DNA of 64,000 bases from an uncultured Lachnospiraceae bacterium (GTDB lineage: Bacteria; Bacillota; Clostridia; Lachnospirales; Lachnospiraceae). Position 1 is the first letter of the stretch. Each line of letters starts with the position of its first letter. The stretch spans positions 5,899-69,898 of the forward strand of contig CAZZFV010000004.1 in assembly GCA_964653855.1 (NCBI GenBank), given 5' to 3'. The notes below the pieces were generated by a model, which was not told the DNA's origin, did not search any database, and saw only the letters and a program-made list of their open reading frames with translations. Of the stretch, positions 7,101 through 16,990 are shown in pieces. The position numbers and the translations under genes are program-made.

Positions 7101-7130
7101 AAAAAAATCCCGATTTCTTCGGGATTTTTT
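7101..7130. terminator. Bidirectional intrinsic terminator between the ComFB-like and NUDIX genes
   Basis: AAAAAAA TCCCGA tttct TCGGGA TTTTTT. Confidence 0.8.
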
Positions 7131-7152
7131 CTTACTTAAATTTCTTAATTTG

Positions 7153-7608
7153 TCATGTGTTCTCTCTTACCTTGTCCCACATGCCCTTCTTTTTGAAAGC
7201 AATATAATCGTTGTATGCTTTCTCCAAAATTTGCTTTTCGTTTGTAAATTTCAGAAGATGATACGCTTCGTGATACTTATAATATCCCGAATCCGTAAAA
7301 AATTCTTCTCTTTGCGGTTTGCTATAATAGCTGTCGGATGACATCAAATACCAATGAACATCCTTTGATACGATATCAGTTTGCGTGGAAAAAGTATACG
7401 AACTCTTTCCCACATAAGAAACAATTATTCCGTCAGCGCCCGTTTCCTCCTTTACTTCCCTGACTGCCGTCTGTTCATGTTCCTCGCCCGGTTCCACTGT
7501 ACCTTTCGGAAGGACCCATCCTTCGTACTTGTTTTTGTAATTTTTGTACAGCAAAAGTATCTTTCCTCTAAATATAACAACACCGCCGCAGCTCGTTGCT
7601 TCAATCAT
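7153..7608 (-). CDS. NUDIX hydrolase
   Basis: Nudix box GTVEPGEEHEQTAVREVKEETGA. The ATG at 7608 has a GGAGG SD 6 nt upstream; the track start at 7623 is TTG. Confidence 0.85.
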   Translation of the reverse strand: MIEATSCGGVVIFRGKILLLYKNYKNKYEGWVLPKGTVEPGEEHEQTAVREVKEETGADGIIVSYVGKSSYTFSTQTDIVSKDVHWYLMSSDSYYSKPQREEFFTDSGYYKYHEAYHLLKFTNEKQILEKAYNDYIAFKKKGMWDKVRENT

Positions 7609-7765
7609 CGCCGGCCTCCACAAGTGTTATTAAAAACTTGTGTAAAGTATACAACATTTGAAATAGGCTTGCAACATAAACATAAAAATCGTTTATACAA
7701 AACCGGATCCAAATTTCAAGAGCTTATACTTTTAAGTCATATAAACGCCGCAAATCATCTGTACC

Positions 7766-10177
7766 TCATTCAACGCCCCGTCTTATATGCCCTCTCGTAA
7801 ATTTTCCTTTGGGCTCCGTATGATTTAAGTAAGCTTTTATTATTTCTTTTGTTTCCGCGTAGCTTTCTGTCGTAAAGGAAAGCATATGGCTTTTTGCGTA
7901 ACTTAATTCCTGTTCTTCCTTAAGCCCGATTATCGAATAAATTTCGGAATTATATATAATGTTTACGCAGGTCGTGCAGCATGTTTTAACGGGGAACACC
8001 GCTCCCGTCTTATCGGTAATACTTATTTCCTTTACCGTTCCCTTTAAATTTTTGGAGCAGTTAAGAAAATTATCCCGCACACACCCTGCAGTCACCATAA
8101 GAGGCACACGCCCGTATATCGGCATATTTAACTCCGTAAAATCAAGTTCCTTTAATTCCGGTAAATTAAGTTCAAGAGATGCGGTAATAGTCTTTGCTCC
8201 CGTGATTTTCTTTAAAAATGCACCCGCCTCGTTATTCATAACATAAAGGAACTCGGAACAGATTATATTCTTACATTCCTTATGCTTTTTTAAAAATGCG
8301 ATTTCGTCAAGCGAATGCACCATAACTCCGTCCGGAATCGCAAAATCCGCTTCCTTATCAAGTCTGTCCGCATCCCTGTATCTTAAAATTCTCGGGAGAC
8401 ACAAAACAGCCTTTATATTTTTTTCTTTTATTTGTTTTATATAATCAATTTGAGCGGAAATACTTATGTCTTGCATATCAAGTATAATCAAATCCGGTGT
8501 AAAAGTGTCCAAAACGGCATCAAGTTCGGCTTTATCGGAAACCCTGCAAACAATTTCCGGGATTGATTTTATTCCGCATTCATCGTTTGATTTTGCTTCA
8601 TTTTCGTATTCAAAGCACTTTTCCGATTTTCTTTTATATGAATCGAGTATTGTGTTTTTTAGTCCGAGAAATGCCGCTCTTCTGAGTTCTTTTAATTTTC
8701 CTACGGGTACAAAAATATTGTCTCCCATATCCACGGTCAGGTAAGAAAAATCAAATTCGCTTTCACCCGTTTTATTTAAAACTTTTTTTATGTCATCCGC
8801 AGACATCGGCACATTTTTTGCTTTTTCCGCAATATCACCCGTAACGGTGAACGAAAAATTATCTGAAGAAACGTTTAAGCGTATTTTTTCGTTTTCATAT
8901 AAAACAATATGTCCGCTTACACTTCTTTTTGCATGCTTAACAAGATAACTTTCGTTTATTTTATCATAAAGCGTTTCATTCTTTGTTCTGTATACCATGT
9001 CCCCCGCTTTACATTTAAAATTTGCGGGAATACATATTTCATAAACCGAGTCACGGCTTTCGTTATACGATTTTAGTCCTTCCGCACCCACGGTAAATTC
9101 AAAAGTATCGTTGTTTCTTATTTCAAGAATGTCACCCTTGTTGATTTTTTCGGTTATGTTTATTATCGCACTTCTTCCGTAAACGTTTTTTAAATTTCCC
9201 ACCAAAATTCCCGAGTGATTCGGGCGCTTATCGCTCATCATATTCTTTCCGTGGTAACAAAAATAATAACCTTTCGAAAAGCCGCCGCGATTAAAAAGTT
9301 CAGAAACCTCTTTTATTTTTTCGGGAAGTTCATTGGGATTTTCTTTTATATATTTTTCAAATCCGTCACGTCCTTTGGTTTCATAAAGACGCGCAATGTA
9401 AGAATACGCGGCCGTAACTCCCGCCGAATATTCGGGGCGCTTCATTCTGCCTTCGATTTTAAAGGAATTAATTCCCGCATCAATCAAATCGGGCAAAAAA
9501 TCAAGCGTGCACATGTCTTTAAGACTAAGCAGGTATCCGTCCCGTACTTTTTTAGATTCTTCAGACAATGTATATTTTTGACGGCATGGCTGAGCACATC
9601 TTCCCCTGTTTCCGCTTCTTCCGCCTATCATGCTCGAAAACAAACATTGTCCCGAATACGAATAGCATAACGCCCCATGCACAAAGCATTCCATTTCGAG
9701 GCCGGTTTCCGATCTGAAACGTTTAATTTCAGTGAGTGACAATTCCCTTGCGGGCACAACACGTGTTACGCACGCATATTTTTTAAGAAAATCCGCACCC
9801 GCTCCCGTACATATTGAGTTTTGGGTGCTAAGGTGAATGGGTAACCCCGGAAAATTCTTTGAAACAAAAGAAAGAACACCCAAATCCTGCACAATAACCG
9901 CATCGATTCCGTGTTCATAATACACTTTCAAAAAATCAAAAAGCTCCTTTTCAAGTTCTTTTTGCTTAAAAAGCGTATTGACGGTCATATATATTTTTTT
10001 TTCGTTTAAATGCACAAAATCGATGGCAGAAAGAAGTTCACTTTCATTTGGGTTATTGGCATACGCTCTTGCCCCAAATTTATTGCCACCGACATAAACT
10101 GCATCCGCACCCGCCGTTATTGCACCGTAAATTGATGCGTACGACCCCGCAGGCGCGAGAATTTCTGTTTTATTCAT
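7766..10177 (-). CDS. Peptidase U32 family protein (long, ~800-aa form)
   Basis: U32 signature ECFVHGALCYSYSGQCLFS and an N-terminus EILAPAGS...AGADAVYVGG. Confidence 0.85.
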   Translation of the reverse strand: MNKTEILAPAGSYASIYGAITAGADAVYVGGNKFGARAYANNPNESELLSAIDFVHLNEKKIYMTVNTLFKQKELEKELFDFLKVYYEHGIDAVIVQDLGVLSFVSKNFPGLPIHLSTQNSICTGAGADFLKKYACVTRVVPARELSLTEIKRFRSETGLEMECFVHGALCYSYSGQCLFSSMIGGRSGNRGRCAQPCRQKYTLSEESKKVRDGYLLSLKDMCTLDFLPDLIDAGINSFKIEGRMKRPEYSAGVTAAYSYIARLYETKGRDGFEKYIKENPNELPEKIKEVSELFNRGGFSKGYYFCYHGKNMMSDKRPNHSGILVGNLKNVYGRSAIINITEKINKGDILEIRNNDTFEFTVGAEGLKSYNESRDSVYEICIPANFKCKAGDMVYRTKNETLYDKINESYLVKHAKRSVSGHIVLYENEKIRLNVSSDNFSFTVTGDIAEKAKNVPMSADDIKKVLNKTGESEFDFSYLTVDMGDNIFVPVGKLKELRRAAFLGLKNTILDSYKRKSEKCFEYENEAKSNDECGIKSIPEIVCRVSDKAELDAVLDTFTPDLIILDMQDISISAQIDYIKQIKEKNIKAVLCLPRILRYRDADRLDKEADFAIPDGVMVHSLDEIAFLKKHKECKNIICSEFLYVMNNEAGAFLKKITGAKTITASLELNLPELKELDFTELNMPIYGRVPLMVTAGCVRDNFLNCSKNLKGTVKEISITDKTGAVFPVKTCCTTCVNIIYNSEIYSIIGLKEEQELSYAKSHMLSFTTESYAETKEIIKAYLNHTEPKGKFTRGHIRRGVE

Positions 10178-10188
10178 ATTTTTTCCCG

Positions 10189-10539
10189 TTATAATTTTAT
10201 TATCTTTCTTTGCTGATCGAAATCGGGATTCTTAACCTTTTCTTTTAAAAGATTCAAATCTCTCCTCACAAAATCAACTTCTTTTTGCTTTATGTCATAG
10301 GCTGCTTTCAGCTTATCGTATTTATCGCACATTTTGATGTAGTCGTCCGCAAGATTTATCATCATAAGAATATTCTTTTCGGAATCGTTTATGATATTGT
10401 TGCTGCTTTTTTTGTTGACTTCCGTTTGTTTTGCTTCAAGGTAATCGGCAACCCTCTTTAGGTATTCGACACCTTCTTCACCCTGAATATTGAATCTTCT
10501 TCCGTTTATTACAACTTCAACATCGCACTTCTTAGCCAT
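10189..10539 (-). CDS. zapA: Cell division protein ZapA-like
   Basis: VEVVINGRRFNIQGEEGVEYLKRVADYLE followed by a coiled-coil tail, located downstream of ruvAB. Confidence 0.6.
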   Translation of the reverse strand: MAKKCDVEVVINGRRFNIQGEEGVEYLKRVADYLEAKQTEVNKKSSNNIINDSEKNILMMINLADDYIKMCDKYDKLKAAYDIKQKEVDFVRRDLNLLKEKVKNPDFDQQRKIIKL

Positions 10540-10606
10540 ATGACGCTCCTAAAGCATAACCCAATTTAAAAATATTGCCAAAAAATTTGCAAATTAAACC
10601 TTAATA

Positions 10607-11608
10607 TCACCCGGGCATATTTAATCCCAAATGTTTATATGCGAGTTCACCCGGAACTCTTCCCCGCATCGTTCTTAAAATAAATCCGTTTTGCACCAAA
10701 AAAGGCTCATAAACTTCTTCAAGAGTTCCCGGATCTTCTCCGATTGTTGTCGCAATCGCATCAATTCCTACGGGACGACCGTTAAATGTCAATATCATGG
10801 CATTTAAAATCGCTCTGTCGGTATTGTCAAGCCCGAATGCGTCAACCTCAAGAAAATCAAGTGCACTCTTTGCCGCATCTATATCGATCACACTTTCAAA
10901 TTTAACTTCGGCAAAATCACGTACTCTTTTTAAAAGTCTGTTTGCGAGTCTCGGCGTTCCACGCGATCTTTTTGCGATTTCCGTAGCCGCATCCTCTTCA
11001 ATTTTTACGTTTAATACATCCGCGCTTCTTTTTATTATTTCCGTAAGCTCCGATGTGTTGTAATATTCAAGACGGCTTACTATTCCGAATCTGTCGCGTA
11101 ACGGTGCCGTAAGCATTCCGGCCCTTGTTGTCGCACCCACAAGCGTAAAATGAGGCAAATCAAGTCTTATTGATTTTGCACCCGCGCCTTTTCCTATAAC
11201 TATATCGATAACAAAGTCTTCCATTGCGGGATACAATAATTCTTCCACCTGGCGGTTGAGTCTGTGAATTTCATCGATAAAAAGGACATCGCCCTCGCTC
11301 AAATTGTTTAAAATTGCCGCCATATCACCGGGCTTTTCAATTGCGGGTCCCGCAGTCACCTTTAAATTTACGCCCATCTCATTTGCGATAATTCCCGCAA
11401 GAGTTGTTTTTCCGAGTCCCGGCGGTCCGAAAAAAAGCACATGGTCAAGTGTCTCTTTACGCTTTTTTGCGGCATCCATATAAATACGCAAATTTTCTTT
11501 TGCCTTTGTCTGCCCGATATATTCGGACAATTTTTTGGGGCGAAGCGACCCTTCTATTTTTTTGTCTTCTTCCGTAATTTCTGTTGTAATAAGTCTTTTT
11601 TCCTGCAT
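10607..11608 (-). CDS. ruvB: Holliday junction branch migration helicase RuvB
   Basis: [18 protein letters not shown], full-length family match. Confidence 0.97.
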   Translation of the reverse strand: MQEKRLITTEITEEDKKIEGSLRPKKLSEYIGQTKAKENLRIYMDAAKKRKETLDHVLFFGPPGLGKTTLAGIIANEMGVNLKVTAGPAIEKPGDMAAILNNLSEGDVLFIDEIHRLNRQVEELLYPAMEDFVIDIVIGKGAGAKSIRLDLPHFTLVGATTRAGMLTAPLRDRFGIVSRLEYYNTSELTEIIKRSADVLNVKIEEDAATEIAKRSRGTPRLANRLLKRVRDFAEVKFESVIDIDAAKSALDFLEVDAFGLDNTDRAILNAMILTFNGRPVGIDAIATTIGEDPGTLEEVYEPFLVQNGFILRTMRGRVPGELAYKHLGLNMPG

Positions 11609-11609
11609 A

Positions 11610-12236
11610 CTACATCTTCTTTAAAGCCTGCTTTATAACGTCTTCCGCTGTAGTCCCATCATTTATTTCAATTGATTTTACCGTTTTCATTGCTTCCGCA
11701 TAAGAATACCCGAGTGTACATAAAGCATTTATCGCATCGGTTTTGATTTCGTTCGCATTTTTATCGGAAATACTACCGGAATCAATATTATCTACGCTTG
11801 TAGTTAAGGGACCTGTTTCCTTAGTTTCAAACTCGCCGACGGAATCCTTAAGGAAAATTATTATTTTTTCCGCCATTTTTTTACCGACGCCTTGCGCCAA
11901 TTGAAACGCTTTTGTATCACCGGAATATATCGCATAAACAATGTCCGTAATATCAAGCACTGACAGAATCGCAAGTGCCGCTTTCGGCCCAACACCCGTC
12001 ACCGTTATCAATTTTTTAAACATCTCAAGCTCTGCGGCAGTCAAAAATCCGTACAAAAACATCCCGTCTTCACGAACGGACATATACGTATTTAATGAGA
12101 TCTCCGCTCCCGTTACATTATATTGTCCGAGCACCTTCGACGTAACATATATTTTAAATCCGATTCCGGCAGCAGTCAAAACAACCAAAGAATCATCTTC
12201 AACCTTTAAAACCTTGCCTTCTATATAAGAAATCAA
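11610..12236 (-). CDS. ruvA: Holliday junction DNA helicase RuvA
   Basis: MISYIEGKV... with HhH region [12 protein letters not shown]; adjacent to ruvB. Confidence 0.95.
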   Translation of the reverse strand: MISYIEGKVLKVEDDSLVVLTAAGIGFKIYVTSKVLGQYNVTGAEISLNTYMSVREDGMFLYGFLTAAELEMFKKLITVTGVGPKAALAILSVLDITDIVYAIYSGDTKAFQLAQGVGKKMAEKIIIFLKDSVGEFETKETGPLTTSVDNIDSGSISDKNANEIKTDAINALCTLGYSYAEAMKTVKSIEINDGTTAEDVIKQALKKM

Positions 12237-12237
12237 T

Positions 12238-12498
12238 TTATTTGCCCTCTTTTAATTGTTTAAACTCCCCTTTGCTTACCGTAAGCCTTCCCTCGTCGAT
12301 AAATCTGACCACATCAAGCGGTGAAATATCAAGTCCTTCCGCTATTTGGATGGCATTGCTGTTGGGAAATTTTTTAAGATAATCCGCAATTTTTTTAAAT
12401 TCCGCTTCTTCAATTTCGGCACAATCCTTGCATACGGACTTTTTATTCCATGAAACAAAGGGTTTTCCGCAATATCTGCAAACATTTGCTGTATTCAT
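12238..12498 (-). CDS. YvyF-like (TIGR03826-type) zinc-ribbon plus helix-turn-helix small protein, paralog 1
   Basis: CxxC...CxxC (CRYCGKPF...VCKDCAEIEEAEF), then ADYLKKFPNSNAIQIAEGLDISPLDVVRFIDEGRL. Confidence 0.55.
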   Translation of the reverse strand: MNTANVCRYCGKPFVSWNKKSVCKDCAEIEEAEFKKIADYLKKFPNSNAIQIAEGLDISPLDVVRFIDEGRLTVSKGEFKQLKEGK

Positions 12499-13586
12499 TT
12501 ATTATCCTTATCTTCCGATTCATCCGAATCTTTTTTCTTATCGGAATTTACATGTTTCTTGATGTCTTCGATAACGCCCGCCTTAATTCCCGTAAATTTC
12601 ATTGTTGGGAAAGCAAGCGAGAATCTTCCGGCAGTATACTTATTGTATCCCTTAAAGCCTTCGCCGATTTTATTTAAGCCTTCCTTAATATGGGATGCAA
12701 GAAGTGTATATTTGTCTTTACCCGAATCTTTAAGCGTATCGATATGCACCTTGTTTGATGCGAGCACCTTGTCGACTTTCGCAATTTTATCGTCGATTTT
12801 ATCCGAAAAATCGTCTTTTCTTTCTTCGTATCCTTGCATCATAAAGGCAATGGTCGCATCGATTCTGTCCATTCCGTGCTCGATAACGTCACCGACTTTA
12901 GTCTCACCGTACTTTTCCTTAAACAAAGTCTTCTTTTCGACTTCCGTTTGACGTGCAAAATCCGCAAAATCCGATAATTCCGCTTTGATCTTTGCAATAG
13001 CCGTAATCTTATGATCGAGGCTGACGGTCGCAATGACGGTTGAAACAAGATCCGCAAGGAATATTACGATAATAACGTAACCGATTATTTCAAACACGTC
13101 CCTGTTCATGGAAGATATTATGTTTAAAACCATGGGATGCAACACTTTTACGAGGAAAATCGAAAGTAGCCCCCAAAATGCGGACACCGGCAAACAAATT
13201 CTTCCCTTTATATTTAACGGAACATGCGAATAATCCCACCACTTCGCATGGAACAGTTTTTCCATCGTAAAACTTGTAACATACTCAAGTAACGATGCCA
13301 CAACGGCACCGATCAGGAATATCGATAAAAAAGCCTTGGGCGTATTTTCCGTTGTTAGCGCGATCATTTTGTCGTTAAAAAAAGCGAGGAAAATTCCCGT
13401 AGCCGCACATCCGTATATCGGAATGACAGGGCCGTTAAGAAATCCGCGGTTTATAAGCTTTCCTTCAACCGTCGAACAATAACAGCATTCCCAAATCCAT
13501 CCGCAAAAACAATACATGAAAAAGCAATAAAACAATTCAAAAAAATCAATTCCGGCAAAACTTAATTCCCACATGTTATCCGTCAT
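12495..13586 (-). CDS. Membrane protein of the 'putative ABC-transporter type IV' family (PF06541-like) with a ~190-aa coiled-coil/acidic C-terminal extension
   Basis: CFCGWIWECCY...NRGFLNGPVIPIYG matches the family core. The start is uncertain: ATG at 13586 or 13574, and the track start at 13634 is TTG. The stop overlaps the next gene's ATG (ATGA). Confidence 0.6.
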   Translation of the reverse strand: MTDNMWELSFAGIDFFELFYCFFMYCFCGWIWECCYCSTVEGKLINRGFLNGPVIPIYGCAATGIFLAFFNDKMIALTTENTPKAFLSIFLIGAVVASLLEYVTSFTMEKLFHAKWWDYSHVPLNIKGRICLPVSAFWGLLSIFLVKVLHPMVLNIISSMNRDVFEIIGYVIIVIFLADLVSTVIATVSLDHKITAIAKIKAELSDFADFARQTEVEKKTLFKEKYGETKVGDVIEHGMDRIDATIAFMMQGYEERKDDFSDKIDDKIAKVDKVLASNKVHIDTLKDSGKDKYTLLASHIKEGLNKIGEGFKGYNKYTAGRFSLAFPTMKFTGIKAGVIEDIKKHVNSDKKKDSDESEDKDNK

Positions 13587-13779
13587 CCTTTTTATGAAAA
13601 TGGTGTACAAAAAAATCTCTTTATATCTTACCAAATTTCCGAATAAATTTAAAGCATAAAATGCTTTTCATAAATATTTAATGATGTCCCCAAAAAGAAA
13701 TTTGCAAGGCATTTATTAATCACTCGACAGTTTGAAATTTTATTGTATCTGTGATATAAATCTTTTTGCGAGGTGCCTT

Positions 13780-14865
13780 ATGAAAGAAATAAAGACAAAA
13801 AAAAATTACAGAATACCCGACAACTTATTGTTTTTTGATATCGAAACAACGGGCTTAAGCGCAAGAACATCTTATGTTTATCTTATAGGTTTTATGACAA
13901 ACGAAAACGGAACATGTTTTCTTAACTTACTCTTGTGTGAGGATTTTAACGAAGAAAAAGAGCTTTTGATTAAGTTTTCGGATATTCTTAAAAAAAGTCG
14001 GAAAACGCCCGTAACATATAACGGAAATACCTTTGATATTCCCTATTTAAACGAAAAATTTAAGCGTCACCAAATCAATTTTTTTATCGATACTATGAAC
14101 ACAATCGATTGCTACAAAACACTTATCGGTTACAAAAAGCTGTTTGATATAAGCGACTTAAAGCTTGTTACCGTCGAAAAAAAAGCGGGATATACGCGTG
14201 AAAACTTCATCTCGGGCGAAGATTTGATAAATGTGTACGCTGAGCTTACGGGGCTCATTCGCTTATATGAAATAACAAAAAGAGAGGATGTAAAAGAAAA
14301 AATAAACGCACTCGAATTTACGCTTCTCTCTCACAATTCGGATGACATAGAGGGGCTTTTTTGTATTTACGAAAAAACAAATATTTTAAGCGCAAAAGAG
14401 TTTTTGATTAAACCGGAAATAAGCGTTTCGGAAACCGAAATCACGCTTACTTATCCTGTTCCGCTTTTCCCGTGCGAAACCGAATTTAATTTTTCGAATT
14501 TTTATTTATTTAACGGGAAAACAGCCTCCGAAATCGTTATTCCCATAATAAATACTGAGTTCAAGTACTTCTTTAAGGATTACAAAAATTACACATACAT
14601 CGCATCAAAAGACATGTGTATGCACAACTCCGTCGTAACCGGATTGCCGAAAGAAGAAAAAATAAAATGCACGCGTGAAAACGCATACATAAAAAAACAG
14701 GACATGTTTTTGTTTGTCCCGAAAAATTTTATTGATTACGCAAGCGAAAATCGCATTCCGCTTTTTAAAGCAAATTACGATTCCAAAGAATTTTATATGC
14801 AAAAAAACAATTTTGAAAATCATTCCGACGAATATATAAAATCGATACTGAGCGAAATAAAGTAG
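13780..14865 (+). CDS. RNase H-like/DEDD 3'-5' exonuclease-fold protein (YprB-like)
   Basis: FFDIETTGL (Exo I motif) and YNGNTFDIPYL. The ATG at 13780 follows a GAGG SD. Confidence 0.65.
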   Translation: MKEIKTKKNYRIPDNLLFFDIETTGLSARTSYVYLIGFMTNENGTCFLNLLLCEDFNEEKELLIKFSDILKKSRKTPVTYNGNTFDIPYLNEKFKRHQINFFIDTMNTIDCYKTLIGYKKLFDISDLKLVTVEKKAGYTRENFISGEDLINVYAELTGLIRLYEITKREDVKEKINALEFTLLSHNSDDIEGLFCIYEKTNILSAKEFLIKPEISVSETEITLTYPVPLFPCETEFNFSNFYLFNGKTASEIVIPIINTEFKYFFKDYKNYTYIASKDMCMHNSVVTGLPKEEKIKCTRENAYIKKQDMFLFVPKNFIDYASENRIPLFKANYDSKEFYMQKNNFENHSDEYIKSILSEIK

Positions 14866-14902
14866 AATGTCGTTACGGCTTTTTATATGAAGCCCTTTTG
14901 CC

Positions 14903-14933
14903 AAAAAGAAAAAGGCGGGTTTAAAAACCCGCC
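14903..14933 (-). terminator. Intrinsic terminator after rpmF
   Basis: GGCGGGT ttaaaa ACCCGCC, followed on the minus strand by TTTTTCTTTTT. Confidence 0.8.
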
Positions 14934-14945
14934 TTTATAAGACTC

Positions 14946-15128
14946 TTATGCCTGAGCAATGATCTCTTTCTTGTTGTAAGAACCGCAGCTCTTGCAAACT
15001 CTGTGAGGCATCATTAACGCACCGCACTTGCTGCATTTAACAAGGTTCGGAGCAGTCATCTTCCAATTTGCTCTGCGACTGTCTCTTCTTGCCTTGGAAT
15101 GCTTATTCTTCGGACAAATAGCTCCCAT
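14946..15128 (-). CDS. rpmF: 50S ribosomal protein L32
   Basis: KNKHSKARRDSRRANWK plus CxxC...CxxC zinc ribbon; 60 aa. Confidence 0.95.
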   Translation of the reverse strand: MGAICPKNKHSKARRDSRRANWKMTAPNLVKCSKCGALMMPHRVCKSCGSYNKKEIIAQA

Positions 15129-15141
15129 GATCTACACCTCC

Positions 15142-15660
15142 TTACTTGGTTTTGAAAATATCCCGGATAACAGACATTCTTGGATCCGACTCTATGCGAT
15201 CACAACCGCATTCACCTACGTTCAGATTGTGCCCGCATATCTTGCAAAGTCCTTTGCAATCTTCGGAACACAGAACCTTCATCGGAAACCCAAGCAAGAT
15301 TTCTTCATAAATCAATCGATCCACGTCTAAATCGTATCCGCTAATGTACTCTGTATCATCTAGTTCAAGTGCACGTTCTTCCGATGTCAAATTCATGTCA
15401 ACATCACCCGCAAAATCAATCGGAACACTTACCTTTTGCAAAGAAAGACACCTGTCGCACGGAACAAGAAATTCAAAAAAACCTTTTACCTTAATACGAA
15501 GCTTTTTGTTACCCTTGTTTGTAACCGTAATCAAAATGTCGTCTTTTTTTGTGATTTCATATTCCTTCCCCGTGATACAGAGGACATCGGGCTCATATTT
15601 ATATGTGAACTCGTTGTCTCCGCGCGGAAGATTCATGATTTCCGAAAGTGAAATTAACAT
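15142..15660 (-). CDS. yceD: YceD/DUF177 family protein (L32-associated)
   Basis: C-terminal CSEDCKGLCKICGHNLNVGECGC, immediately upstream of rpmF. The ATG at 15660 follows an AGGTG SD. Confidence 0.85.
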   Translation of the reverse strand: MLISLSEIMNLPRGDNEFTYKYEPDVLCITGKEYEITKKDDILITVTNKGNKKLRIKVKGFFEFLVPCDRCLSLQKVSVPIDFAGDVDMNLTSEERALELDDTEYISGYDLDVDRLIYEEILLGFPMKVLCSEDCKGLCKICGHNLNVGECGCDRIESDPRMSVIRDIFKTK

Positions 15661-15696
15661 AACAAACACCTATGTGCACAAATGTCACATTTGTAT

Positions 15697-15725
15697 ATTA
15701 TACGAACGTGACAGGGTTTTGTCAA
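15697..15725 (-). promoter_or_regulatory. Consensus sigma-A promoter (TTGACA-17-TATAAT) for yceD-rpmF
   Basis: The minus strand reads TTGACA AAACCCTGTCACGTTCG TATAAT. Confidence 0.75.
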
Positions 15726-15777
15726 CAAAAACTTTAAAGTTTCTCATATGTGAGAAGTAAAAAAGACTTCCGATAAG

Positions 15778-16971
15778 TTATATGAGCGCAACCGTTTCTC
15801 TTGCAATCGCAAGCTCTTCGTTTGTGGGTATTACCATAATCTTGACGCGTGAATCGGATGCCGACACAACGGTTTCCTTTCCGCGAACCGAATTCTTCTC
15901 GGGATCGAGCTTAACGCCCAAAAATCCGAGATAAGAACAAATTCTTTCACGCATCTTGCCGTCGTTTTCACCGAGTCCTGCGGTAAACACAATCGCATCG
16001 ACACCGTTCATTGCGGCAACATAGCTTCCGATATATTTTGCGACTCTGTATACGAATGCTTCGACGGCATCCTTTGCTCTCTCGTTACCGGAATTTGCTG
16101 CGGCTTCAAGATCTCTGAAATCGCTCGATACGCCGGAAAGTCCGAAAACACCCGACTTCTTGTTTAAAATATTCAAAACGTCGTCAACTGTTCTGTTTTC
16201 CTTGTTTGCAATATATTGAACAACCGCGGGATCAACATCACCGCTTCTTGTTCCCATAATAAGGCCTTCAAGAGGAGTAAGTCCCATTGAAGTATCAACG
16301 CATTTTCCGTTTACGACAGCCGAAAGCGAAGCACCGTTTCCGAGGTGGCAAACGATAACCTTGGAATTATCGGGATCAAGACCACCAAATTCGATTGCTC
16401 TCTTTGAAACAAACGAATGACTTGTTCCGTGGAAGCCGTACTTGCGGATTGCATACTTATCGTAATATTCGTAAGGAATCGCATATGTATATGCTTTTTT
16501 GGGCATTGTCTGGTGGAAAGCCGTATCGAATACTGCAACCTGAGGAGTGCCGGGCATAAGTGCTTCACATGCTTCAATTCCGATAAGGTTTGCGGGATTG
16601 TGAAGAGGGCCAAGATCAAAGCACTCACGTATAACACGCTTTACGTCTTCGTTTACGACGATCGATGCGGAATAATATTTTCCGCCGTGAAGCACACGGT
16701 GACCTACCGCATCAATTTCAGACATATCCGAAATCACACCGTAATCCTTGTTTAAAAGGGCATCGATTACAAGCTTAACAGCAGCCTTATGATCGGGCAT
16801 CGATTCCTTTCTGTCCTTAAAGCCTTCCTTGTCGGCGGGCTTATGTGTGATCATGGAGCCTTCCATGCCGATTTTTTCGCAAATACCTTTTGCGAGAACG
16901 GACTCGTTTTCCATATCGATAAGCTGATATTTAAGCGATGAACTTCCGCAATTCAAAACCAAAACTTTCAT
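15778..16971 (-). CDS. ackA: Acetate kinase
   Basis: [17 protein letters not shown]; full-length match. Confidence 0.97.
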   Translation of the reverse strand: MKVLVLNCGSSSLKYQLIDMENESVLAKGICEKIGMEGSMITHKPADKEGFKDRKESMPDHKAAVKLVIDALLNKDYGVISDMSEIDAVGHRVLHGGKYYSASIVVNEDVKRVIRECFDLGPLHNPANLIGIEACEALMPGTPQVAVFDTAFHQTMPKKAYTYAIPYEYYDKYAIRKYGFHGTSHSFVSKRAIEFGGLDPDNSKVIVCHLGNGASLSAVVNGKCVDTSMGLTPLEGLIMGTRSGDVDPAVVQYIANKENRTVDDVLNILNKKSGVFGLSGVSSDFRDLEAAANSGNERAKDAVEAFVYRVAKYIGSYVAAMNGVDAIVFTAGLGENDGKMRERICSYLGFLGVKLDPEKNSVRGKETVVSASDSRVKIMVIPTNEELAIARETVALI

Positions 16972-16990
16972 TTGATATAATCTCCAATCT

